The position numbers and the translations under genes are program-made. This document shows, piece by piece, positions 25,103 through 36,539 of a stretch of 64,000 nucleotides of DNA. The stretch comes from Mobula hypostoma. Its lineage: Eukaryota. Location: NCBI RefSeq assembly GCF_963921235.1, contig NC_086108.1, positions 65,350,001 to 65,414,000 of the forward strand, given 5' to 3'. The notes beneath the pieces are model-generated. The model saw nothing but the letters and a program-made list of their open reading frames with translations. It had not been told where the DNA came from and ran no database searches. Position 1 is the stretch's first letter; each line of letters opens with the position of its first letter.

Positions 25103-25242
25103 GGAAGACAAGTAGAACATGTTGAATTGCACAAACCAGTAACTGGAGGCCTAGGATTCAGTGTGGTTGGTCTTAAAAATGATAATTTGGATGAACTTGG
25201 TATTTTTATACGGGAAATACAGAAAGGAAGCATTGCAGAGAG
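25103..25242 (+). CDS. PATJ: PATJ exon, PDZ1 N-half
   Basis: GRQVEHVELHKPVTGGLGFSVVGLKNDNLDELGIFIREIQKGSIAE(R), with the GLGF motif. AG/GT flanks. Confidence 0.95.
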
Positions 25243-26304
25243 GTAAAATTATGCTTTAATTACATCTGGTACTAATAATCTTGAAGCTTAAATTTAGAAA
25301 ATTAATCTGTGAATTTTTTGAGAAATTACATTGTGCTATTATGTTCCAATTGTGTTCATATTTTCTTATAAAAGAATTGTCCAATGCAACTGATTAATTT
25401 TTGGAATAACCTGCTATATTGTGTGTATCTGTTATTTTGTGGGAATATAACTTCATTTAGCATCTTTGACTCATTGACCTTGAAGGCATTTATCAGATAA
25501 TTTGCATCAGAATTAAATATTGTAGCTTTGAGTAGGCATGTTCTTAACTGCTTAATCATCATCAGATTATGAAGACATAGCAAAGTGTATTGAGCATCTG
25601 GGACCTAAGTGAACAGAGTTGCTGTGTAACCTCTGAATTAATTAGATTGAAGATTTGTCAAATAAAATTAGCAAGGACTAAATGTTGCTTCAATTAAGAG
25701 TGGAACTGTACAGGCAGAGAAATAAAGGGGATAAGGAAGAATTAATTTTATGGCAGAAACAAAAGAAGGAAAATACGTTGTTTTTATTTTAGATCTATAA
25801 CATCAATTAAGACCTAAAATGGAGGGATTCCGCACTTGCTGTAGGATGAACTATTAACACTCTCCTTGCCATTGATGTTAATTGATTTCTTGGAAGTTCA
25901 TATGCTGTAATTGATAATTAGCTAGTCTTCTATTAGTTCCAAAATGTTGAGACAGCTCAAATTACTGCAATCTGAATTAAGGACCTTGGGCAGTCCAGCC
26001 ACAGCTGTTGATCTGTAGGAATACAGGCAGGATTTACATTTGCATTAAGAGGCCAAGTTCCAAGCCATCGTCAGTGCATTCACCTCAGCATGAGAGAATA
26101 TGCAACTTAGCACAGCAAGGCAAAGGTTATCTACTGCCCTGCTTCTGCTGTACGTAATGAAGTTTGTAGACCCTGAAAAAGTGGAGGACTTGTCATGACT
26201 CAAGTTTATTTGTTATGTGTACGTCTAAATATACAGTGTCATGTGTTGATTGCGTTAACAATCAACACACTTGAGCGTGTGCTGGGGGCAGCCGCATGTG
26301 TCAA

Positions 26305-27954
26305 TAGACAATAGACATATGTGCAGGAGTAGGCCATTCAGTCCTTCGAGCCAGCAGCACCATTCACTGTGATCATGGCTGATCATCCACAATCAGTACC
26401 CCGTTCCTGCTCCCCATATCCCTTCACTCCGCTATCTTTATCTAACTCTTTTTTGAAAGAATCCAGAGAATTGTCCTCCACTGCCTTCTGAGGCAGAGCA
26501 TTCCACAGAACCACAGCCCTCCGTGTGAAAAAGTTTTTCCTGAACTCCATTCTAAATTGTCTACCCCCTATTCTTAAACTGTGGCCTCTGGTTCTGGACT
26601 CTCCCAACATTGGGAACATGTTTCCTGCCTCTAGCATGTCAAATCCCTTAATAATCTTATGTTTCAATCAGATCCCCTCTCATCCTTCTCAACTCCAGTG
26701 TATACAACCCCAGTCGCTCCAATCTTTCAACATATGACAGTCCCGCCATCCCGGGAATTATCTCATGAACCTACGCTGCACTCCCTCAATAGCTAGAATG
26801 TCCTTCCTCAAATTTGGAGACCAGAACTGTACACAATACCCCAGGTGTGATCTCACCAGGGCCCTGTACAACTGCAGAAGGACCTCTTTGCTCCTAAACT
26901 CAACTCCCCTTGTTATGAAGGCCAACATGCCATTAGCTTTCTTCACTGCCTGCTGTACCTGTGTGCTTATTTTCAATGACTGATGAACAAGGACACCTAG
27001 ATCTCGTTGTACTTCCCCTTTTCCTAACGACTCCATTCAGATAGTAATCTGCCTCCCTGTTCTTGCCACTAAAGTGGATACCTCACATTTATCCACATTA
27101 AACTGCATCTGTCATGCATCTGCCCACTCGCTCAACCTGTCCAAGTCACCCAGCATTCTCATAACATCCTCCTCACATTTCACACTGCCACCCAGCTTTG
27201 TGTCATCTGCAAATTTCCTAATGTTACTTTTAATCCTTTCATCTAAATCATTCATGTATATTGTAAATAGCTGCGGTGCCAGCACCGACCCTTGTGGTAT
27301 CCCACTAGTCACTGCCTGCCATTCTGTAAAGGACCCATTAATCCCTACTGTTTGTTTCCTGTCTGCCAACCAATTTCCTATCCATGTCAGTATCCTACCC
27401 CCCTACCATTTGCTCTAATTTTGCACACTAACCTCCTACGTGGGACCTTATCAAAGGCTTTCTGAAAGTCCGGGTACACTACATCCACTGGCTTTCCCAT
27501 GTCCATTTTCATAGTTACATTCTCAAAAAATTCCAGAAGATTAATCAAGCATGATTTCCCCTTCGTAAATCCATGCTGACTCGGACCTATCCTGCCACTG
27601 CTATCCAAATATGCCGCTATTTCATCTTTTATAATTGATTCCAGCATCTTCCCCACCACTGATGTCAGACTAACTGGTCTATAATTGCCTGTTTTCTCTC
27701 TCCCTCCTTTCTTAAAAAGTGGGATAACATAAGCTACCCTCCAATCCGCAGGAACTGATCGTGAATCTATTGAACATTGGAAAATGATTACCAATGCATC
27801 CATGATTTCTAGAGCCACCTTCTTAAGTACCCTGGGATGTAGACCATCAGGCCCTGGGGATTTATGAACCTTCAGTCCCATCAGTTTACCTAACACCATT
27901 TTCTGCCTGATGCAAATTTCATTCAGTTCCTCTGTTACCCTCGGTCCTCTGGCC
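26305..27954 (-). mobile_element. 5'-truncated CR1 LINE
   Basis: RT ORF pieces (KSPGPDGLHPRVLK, NYRPVSLTS, DFQKAFDKVP, KFADDTK). TSD CATGTGTCAA at 26295-26304 and 27955-27964. Confidence 0.93.
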
Positions 27955-28931
27955 CATGTGTCAAACACATTCTGGTGCCATCCTAGCATGTCTGCAATGC
28001 TCCGGGGAACAGTACATAACTCAATAAGCATCAAACAACAACAGCAAAAACAAGCTTCATTCCTTCCTCCCACCCACACATATACACAGTCTAACCCCAT
28101 GATAGACCTCCAGTTCCATCCCCCACCAGACATGATTCAGGCCTGCTAACATAATGCATTTCATTGTATGTGTCAATGTACATATGACAAATAAATTAAT
28201 CTGAATCCTGCATCACCTGTAGGGGCTGTTTAGGTCCCTGCATGGGGGTGAGGAAGGAGTTGTAGGACAGGTGTGTACCTGCTCTGGTCACCCAGTTCCT
28301 CCTGCACATATCCACTAACACCCTCATTAGTACTGGCTGTCTCTGTTCTCTTTCAGCCCAGCGGAAGGGTCTTGACCCAAAACATCGACTTTCCTATTCC
28401 CTTTACAGATACTGCCTGCCCCATTGTGTTCCCCCAGCAGATTAATTTTTAATGCTCAAGGATTCATTGTTTCTCCAACTCCAGGCTTTGACATGATCAA
28501 GTGAACATGACATTTTCTTCACCACATTATTAATGTGGTGCCTTTAACCTTCCATTCCTAAACCTAATGTTGTCTTCTTTTACTTGGTGTAATTCTTTTG
28601 GCTTCTCAGTTGGCTTCCATGAAATGCCTTTGTGCAGGTTACAATGTTATTTGTGTTTTATAAATGCTGTTTTATGTTTTATCAGATACTTCGTGAGAAT
28701 TGCATTTAAAGTGATTAAATATGCTCAATAATATTACTGAATTTGAATATGAGTTAAATGTTTGAAAACTTTTGGTTCATTGTCATCCTCCAACTTATGA
28801 ACAAGGCTTGTCCTTGTTAATAGCTTTACATTATATTTTTTATTAAAAATGTCCTGCAAAACATTAGATAGTTGAAAATTACAACCTTTTTTTGGCCAAA
28901 ACTCATATCATTTTGTTTGTTTTGTTCATAG

Positions 28932-29127
28932 GGATGGCAGATTACAAGAACAAGATCAGATATTGGCCTTGAATCATACACCATTGGATGAGACTGTTTC
29001 TCACCAAGAAGCCATTGCAATGCTCCAGCAGACCAAAGGATCAGTGCATTTGGTGGTTGCCAGAGGATCTCCTCACAGGACCCCCTCCCCAACAGATATG
29101 GCAACGTTACCTTTCTCTTCACAATCA
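28932..29127 (+). CDS. PATJ: PATJ exon, PDZ1 C-half
   Basis: [45 protein letters not shown]...SSQS. Donor gtaagt. Confidence 0.95.
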
Positions 29128-29257
29128 GTAAGTTCTGATTGGTTTTACAGAAGTCAGAGTAAAAGTAAAACTTAAGTCTTAATTTTGGTGTTAACATGCT
29201 CTCTTATAAAGAAGCTGAAAAATTTAGGAATTTCTTTTGCCTTCTGAAATTTATCTA

Positions 29258-29555
29258 AGGGGATTCATAGCCCATTCTTTAGTTAGAGCCTTCAGCATTT
29301 TGGGCATCGAGGGAGAGAGGAAGAGGAGAGCCATCCGCAGTACCACTGATGCGGCAGAGAGGGCCTCAAGATGGCTGTGGCTCAAAAGAGGGGAGCCATG
29401 GAGTCATAAGTAGCTAGCCATCTGGACACAAGCTGGGGTCTGATTAGCCCCGGCTGGGTCACCTGGAGGAGGTTGTATGATGTTGAAAGACCTGAAACAC
29501 TGATGATTCCTGGAACATCACTGATGTCCAGAAGCATCAATAGATGTATGTACAC
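29258..29555 (+). mobile_element. 3' end of a HERO-like (restriction-like endonuclease) non-LTR retrotransposon
   Basis: Translates GFIAHSLVRAFSILGIEGERKRRAIRSTTDAAERASRWLWLKRGEPWSHK* (stop 29411-29413), followed by a 3' UTR. Confidence 0.7.
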
Positions 29556-29639
29556 AGCAAATTATTACCATTAAATAACAGTGTGACTATCAGTGTGCTT
29601 TGAGTGGCTGGTAATGGATTGTATAAAATCCCATGTTTC

Positions 29640-30856
29640 AGCTACTTGAGCCCCTATCCAGTTTGCCTACTGCTCAAACCAGACCACTGCTGATGCCAGA
29701 GCTTTGGCCCTCCACCCTGTCCTGTCCAACCTAAAAAAGTAATGCCTCATACGTCTGGATGTTGTTCATTGACTTCAGCTCAGCGCTTAACACAGTTGTC
29801 CCTCAGAGGACGGTGGGTAAACTGGCCTGTTTGGATGGAAAGTCCCAGTCAGTTCAAGTTGACAGCAACATCTCAAGCTCCAGCATGCTGAGCCCAGAGT
29901 TGCGTGCTCCATATGCTGCTGTTCGTGCTGTTGACTCACAACTGTACTGCCACATTCATCGCAAATCACATCATCAAGTTCTCTGATGATACTACTACAG
30001 TGGTTTGCCTCATCAGCAACAATTATGAGTTACCATACAGAGAAGAGGCGTTTCTAATGGTGTGAGAACAACAACCTGGGTCTCAACATGGGCAAGACAA
30101 AACAGATGATTGTGGACTTTGGTAAGGCACGGGTTGAGCACTCTCAATTGCACTTCAATGGCTCTGCTGTGAAGAGAGTGAAGATCACAAAGTTCCTTCA
30201 TGTGCACATAATGGATAATCTATGCTGGACCCACAACACCTCTTCATTAGTCAGAAAGGTGCAGCAGAGTCTACACTTTCTGAGGAGAATGAGGCGTGCA
30301 AAGCTCCCCGCCCCATTCTAGTAAATTTCTAAAGGAGCACCACTGACAGTGTCCTGTCTGGTTGCGTCACTGTGTAGTACAGATTCTGTAAGGCATCGGA
30401 CCACGGGACCCTATAGAGGACAGTAAAAACCACCGAGTGGATCACTGGGGCCTCCCTTCCCCCTATTTATGATTTTTCCCGGGTGCATTTGAGATGAAGG
30501 GCCCAAAGCATTACTGAAGATCCTTACTACCCATCCCACAATCTCTTTGACCCACTACCATCAGGGAGGAGGTACCAAAGCATCAGGAGGAGGACTGCCA
30601 GACTGAGTAACAGTTTATTTGCTCAGGCTGTGAGACTAATAAATACCCTACCACCACCGAGGTCTCGTCACTAGCACAGAGCTGTTTACCTGTGCTGCAC
30701 TTCACTGCATTCATTTTGAATTTTATTAACTTATTTATAGTATAATATTTTGGTTTATGTACTGTATGTAATGTATGTTGTGTAGGTGCACCATAGTCCA
30801 GAGATACATTGTATATATGCATGGTTAAATGACCAGTAAGTTTGAACTTGAACTTG
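29640..30856 (+). mobile_element. Rex1/Babar LINE RT plus tail
   Basis: MLFIDFSSA, IIKFSDDTT, KTKQMIVDF motifs and a (TTGAAC)n tail. Confidence 0.85.
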
Positions 30857-32712
30857 GATAGGTAACTAAGAATTATTGGAACAAAGTGAGAGAAAATTTC
30901 TAAAATTTTTGAATTAATAGGATGAGGCTGTGGATCCTGCCTGCAATCCTGCATTTATTTTCAACTCTAATTGTACCTGAATAAGGAAGCAGTAAGGGCC
31001 AACTGCATTTGCGGATCTTAGTTAAGGATGGCAGCTTCCCTTTCCTGAAGGGCATTAATGAACTAGGTAGATTTGTATGATCCAAAAAACAAACTACTGG
31101 AAGAACTTGGTGAGTACAGTGCAGCTATTGAGGCAAAGAGATATGTCTTCCCTCTTCACTCTCAATCTTGATTCAGGGTCTTGATACAAAACGCTGATCA
31201 TCTCTTTTCCACCACAGATGCTGCCTTACCCACTGAGTAACTTCTTCCAGCAGTTTTTTAAAAATCTAGATTCTTGCATCTGCAGTCTCTCGTGTCTCAA
31301 TTGTCAAATCGTTATACCATGGATTTGGTGATGTCTGAAATTGTGTAATTCATAAAACTTGGAAGTCTCTGGTATTCTCAAGCAATATATTTGAGCTGTA
31401 GTTTCTATCTAAAGTCATATTAAATAACTCAAAACTCAGCATTCTTTCAACTAACTCGCAGAAGTACGTCCACATTTCCTTCAAAGGCATAGATTTAAAC
31501 AGTGGACATGGAGGAAGACCATAACCTCATTTTTTTAATTTATTGGTCGAGTTCAATCTTGACATCCTGTCTGGTTACCACGTCAGGCTCATCCTACTCT
31601 AACCTGATGTTTGATTTTGCTTTCAGTAGATTTCACCAGTTAGTATTCAGAGGTAGTAATTGAAGATTACTTTTTCCTTGTTTATTTTAGCCAGACAGCG
31701 TCTAAGTTAGAACTGGAACATATCTTTTTCAACTAAAATATTAGAATATTGGAAGTGCTGATTTAAAGTGCCCAACGTGTAGTCGGTTCTTTTGTCTCTG
31801 ACTCCTATCACTTCTCTCGTTTAATCTTCTGGTATATATTCAGACCGTTTCTGCTTTGAAATCACGGTAGAAGCCAAAGTAAGCTTACAGTTGCGTATCT
31901 GCTCTACTCATCCGCTTTCTACAATCACCACTCTTCCTGTCCAGTTCATCAGCTGCTGGAACGCTCATCTGTTACTGTTTTGGGACTGAAATGTACCAAT
32001 ACACTCCTGTTCATCCTCCCATATGTCACCACACTTCAGATAGTAATCAAAAACTTTGTCTCTACCTAGAGCTCCAACCATCCCATTCACCAATTTACTT
32101 CTATATTTAATGATCATTTAAAAATATGTTCATGCTGTGCTACACAAATGGATGATCTGAGGCAAAGTTACTTCTTGAAAACAATCCAATAAACTAAAAA
32201 AATACAAATCAATTTCTTCAGATATTCTCCAGCTTTCAGGTTCCATATCTTAAGCCAGGTGTTCGTATCATGTAGCAAAGTTAATAGCAATTGAATATCG
32301 TACCAACAATTGTTATTGAAAACAAATTTTTAAAATAAATTCCACTTTTTGCTAGATAACCAAGTACTAATCGATATTGCACTTTAGTTCTGAATGTCAG
32401 TCTGTTACGGTTCAGTCACATATTTAACCAGGAATGGCATTGATAAACAATCAAAAACTAATTCATTTCGATGTACAACATGTAGCCCTACAGTCACAAT
32501 CTTTAAAGTGAGATATTCCTATTATTGTTGATTTTTTTAATGTCACAGACTCTGCTTTTAGCATAAATAGAAACTAAATAATATGGTTATATAACTTGGT
32601 AAGTTGAGCTGCCTCAAATAGCAGTTTTGAAAAGTAATTGTTATTGAGGGCTAGTTTACAGATCAGCCACCTTGTAAGGATTGATTTTTGACTTGTTTTT
32701 CATTCTTCCTAG

Positions 32713-32841
32713 ACACAGTGGGGGCATGTGGAAGAAATTGAGTTGGTCAGTGATGGGTCAGGCCTCGGATTTGGAATTGTAGGAGGAAAGCCAACTGGAG
32801 TAATTGTGAAAACTGTTGTTCCTGGAGGATTAGCTGATCGG
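32713..32841 (+). CDS. PATJ: PATJ exon, PDZ2 N-half
   Basis: [47 protein letters not shown] flanks, 129 nt. Confidence 0.95.
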
Positions 32842-33712
32842 GTAATTTTTTTTCATTTTTGTTATCATAGAAGTTTGAGTATTTGCTATTAGATTTTCAA
32901 GTTGTGTGTCATTATACTGTATGTCGTGCCTATCATAGAAAAGATCTTAAATGTTATAGGATTTTTAAAATTTAGCCTTGATTTTCATTAATTGTCAGTT
33001 TTCTAAATAATTTTAAGCCAGTAGAAACATTAATGTTACATTAAGACTGGGTGGCACGGTAGTGGTAGTGTAGCAGGTAGCATAATGCTATTACAGTGCC
33101 AGAGACTTGGGATCAATTCCTCCGCTATCCGTACATTGCAATGATAAATGGTTTAGACAGTGAATTGATTACACAGATGTAAGTGGGAGTGTGGGCTTGT
33201 TGGGCCTGAAGGACCTGTTACCATGCTGTATATCTAAATAAATAAAAAAAATTGGGAAGTTACAAAATTAAGCACCATTTTTAGATTTTTACCAAATGAA
33301 AGCTAATAAATAATTTCCTTTTTCCAGTCTTTAGATTTTTTATATAACTAGATATAGTTAAATAGTACTTATCAAATAGGGGAACTGATGAGAAACCTCA
33401 TATTTTTGTGCAAGAATATAATTTGGATAGTATAATTATGAACCTAACAAATGCTGAATTGCAGTTTATTGAAGTCATGTTCATATGTCAGTGCTTCTGC
33501 TGTTTATGGAGCCAGAAGATGAGACTGATGATTTGGGATGCTATTGACAATTCTGCTCTTTAGTTTGTTGCTAGGAGTAGTGTCAGTTATTTGTCCATTT
33601 CCTTCCCTCCGGGTAGGTGCCAGCCTTTTCGTGAGTGCTTCGACAGTAAGTGGACATTAAATTTGTTTTTGTGAAAACATAGCATTATAGGAGTACATGG
33701 CAATGCTTACGA

Positions 33713-34685
33713 GTGTATTCTTTCCATCCATTGTGCTGTTTTTGCCAAAACGTAATTCTCCACAACTTCTGCCGTATCCACAGGGATCATACTACCAAAC
33801 ATGTTTTTATCTCACCCCACCTTCTCTCCGCTTTCCAGAGGGATCGCACCCACCGCGATTTCTGTGTCCATTTGTCCTTCCCCACTAATCTTCCTCCCGG
33901 CACTCAGCCCTGCAAGTGGCCAAAGTGTTCCACCTGCGCATTCACCTTCTCCATTACCTCCTCTCATGGCCCCAAACAGTCCTTCCAGGTGAAGCAACGC
34001 TTCACCTACCAATCTGGGGTCACCTGTTGTGTCCTATGCTTCCTATGCAGCCTCCTCCACATTGGTGAGACCTGTCGTAAATTGGGGGAACTGCTTCGCT
34101 GAGCACTTCCACTCCACCTGCCAAAAGTGGAACTTCCTGACGACAAACATTTAAATTCCATTTCTTGTTCTGACATGTTGGTCCATGGTTTCCTCTTGTG
34201 CCATGATGAGGTTACCCTCATGGTGGAGGAACAAGGGCTTATGTTCCATCTGGGTGGCCACCAACTTGATAGCATGAATATCGATTTCTACTTCTGGTTT
34301 AAAAAAAAAATTCTCCCTCTCCTCTCTTCTTATATTCCTTGCTCTGGCCTCTTGCCTCTTCTGACCTGTCAGTCACCTCCCCCTGTGTCCCACCCCCCTT
34401 TCTTTAATCCTTCGCTCTACTCCCCTCTCCTATCGGATTCCTTCCTCTCCCTTTACCTTACCTACCCACCTGGCTTTACTTATCACCTTCTAGCTATCTT
34501 CCTTCCCCTTGACCCTCTTTACTCTGGCATCTTCCCCCTTCCTTTCCAGTTCTGAAGAAATGTTTTGGCCTGAAATGTCGACTGTTTATTCATTTCCATA
34601 GATGCTGCTTGACCAGCTGAATTCTGGTAGCATTTTGTATGTGTTGCTCTGGATTTCCAGCATCTGCAGAATTTCTCATGTTTAT
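33713..34685 (+). mobile_element. Penelope-like element 3' part (GIY-YIG endonuclease plus terminal repeat)
   Basis: GPKQSFQVKQRFT..CSLLHIGETCRKLGE, a pyrimidine-rich tract, and a degenerate hammerhead at about 34548-34583. Confidence 0.85.
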
Positions 34686-34702
34686 GATTTGCTGTTTCCT
34701 TT

Positions 34703-34945
34703 AACACACATCAAAGTTGCTGGTGAACGCAGCAGGCCAGGCAGCATCTCTAGGAAGAGGTACAGTCGACATTTCAGGCCGAGACCCTTCGTCTAACTCT
34801 TCCTTCAGTTAGTCCTGACGAAGGGTCTCGGCCTGAAACGTCGACTGTATCTTTTCCTAGAGATGCTGCCTGGCCTGCTGCGTTCACCAGCAACTTTGAT
34901 GTGTGTTGCTTGAAATTCCAGCATCTGCAGAATTCCTGTTGCTTA
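34703..34945 (+). mobile_element. Fold-back Penelope-like terminal repeat insertion
   Basis: Inverted arms at 34703-34793 and 34817-34907. TSD CTGTTTCCTTT at 34692-34702 and 34946-34956. Confidence 0.9.
34811..34846 (+). ncRNA. Minimal type I hammerhead ribozyme motif (Penelope-associated)
   Basis: AGTC-CTGACGA-AGGGTCTCGGCCT-GAAA-CGTC-GACT: helix I AGTC/GACT, CUGANGA and GAAA core, palindromic ACGT in place of helix III, and a GUC triplet. Confidence 0.75.
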
Positions 34946-35204
34946 CTGTTTCCTTTGTTCCTTTTGTTTGTTTTTTCCTTGTATTAACAGATCATGTAAT
35001 GAATCCTTTCATTCATTGTAATTTTCCTATTTTTTTCCTTTTTTCTTTTCAGCAAGTACAACAAGCAGCATAGTTTATTAAATAAGAAGTCTTTCAGAAT
35101 TTGGGTCCCAGGAAAACTATTTAAAATCTTGATTATGATTAGGCTTCATTTCTAACTTAAAAAAAAGAAACATTTCCTGTGGCCACATTTTCATTTTATT
35201 ATAG

Positions 35205-35805
35205 GAAAATCATGTCTGAGGCCTGAGGTCTCTGTCAATCAGAGTTGACCATGGATATTGTGTCTTAGCAGTCTAGATACGCAAGCCTGGGCAGTATGAT
35301 ATTGAGAGCAAGCAGTTGTCCATGTAGCAAGCTCCCCCTCTCTCCACCCATTGAATGAACCCAAAGGAACAACAAAGACTGATACAGTTGGTATCAGCAG
35401 TGTCACAGGAGTTGCCAGTCAGCATTGAACTCAATGCAGGACTGCCTTAGGGGCTCCAGCTCTGGATTTTGCCCATGGTGTTTACTCCCGAAGCCTTCCC
35501 CATGAGCGGATGTATCTGCAAGGCAGCAGAGGTTTGAGATCACAGTTTTCCTTCTAGATGAGCTGCCAACCACGGCTGACGAGCCCCATCTCTCGGAAAT
35601 GACTGGTTTTATGTCTCCAGTCATCTGCCTTTGTCCCTTCTGTCAGTAGAAACGGTTCTGCCTGGCTTAGTAGCTAAACTACATGTGAAGGCCAGGAGTT
35701 GCACTTGGTTATCAGAGGCTATTTGAGGTGCGCACCCTTGGGAATGTTTAGTAGGTAGTGAGAGCTTGTCCCCAATACTACCCCTTGCTATAACAACCTT
35801 AAGAA
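35205..35805 (-). mobile_element. Non-coding RTE-related element
   Basis: GTTTTCCTTCTAGATGAGCTGCCAACCACGGCTGACGAGCCC resembles the reverse complement of an RTE 5'UTR motif. GC-richer than the flanks. Confidence 0.45.
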
Positions 35806-36539
35806 ACCATAATATATTGGAATATGATAATAGTCACTAGGTTTTATATCTGTTATCTGCTGGATTAGGCAGTATCAATGGTGTACCATTTATTTTGCAC
35901 TGGTAACCAAGGAGGAATATGTGCCATTAGCTATCCATTATATTTCCCACTTGATATTTGAGCAGTGAATGTTGGGAACACAATAGATGACAACTGAGTG
36001 TGCATTTAGCATAACCAACCTAATGAATGCAAAAGATAAGTATCATAAATTTCTTATCAACGTTTCATTGAAGAGCTATTGTGCATATTAAAGAAAGTAT
36101 AACTTAATCATTTTCTATTCCCTTTAATTTTCAAGTAATAAAGTCAAAATTTATTATCGTATTCACAAGGCCATGCATACATGGGAGCAATGAAAAACTT
36201 ACTTGTAGCAGCATCACAGGCACATGGCATCATAAAAGCTGTTTTTCTGAGAAAAACATTAATTAAACAATATAAGAAAGAAAAAATTACAACAAAAAAC
36301 AAGGTCCATTTTAATGCAAAGTGATGAAAATGGTCATCATGTTGGCTACATTGTAGTGATTAGGATTATGCAAGTTGATTCATGAACTGAATGGCTGAAG
36401 AGAAGCAGATGTTCTTGAACCTGGTGTTGTGGAACTTCAGGCTTGTGTCTGACGGTAGCCGCAAGAATGGCCTAGATGGTGGGGATCTTTGCTTATGCAT
36501 GTTGCCTTCTTAAGACATTACAGCACCTCCTGTAGAGAG

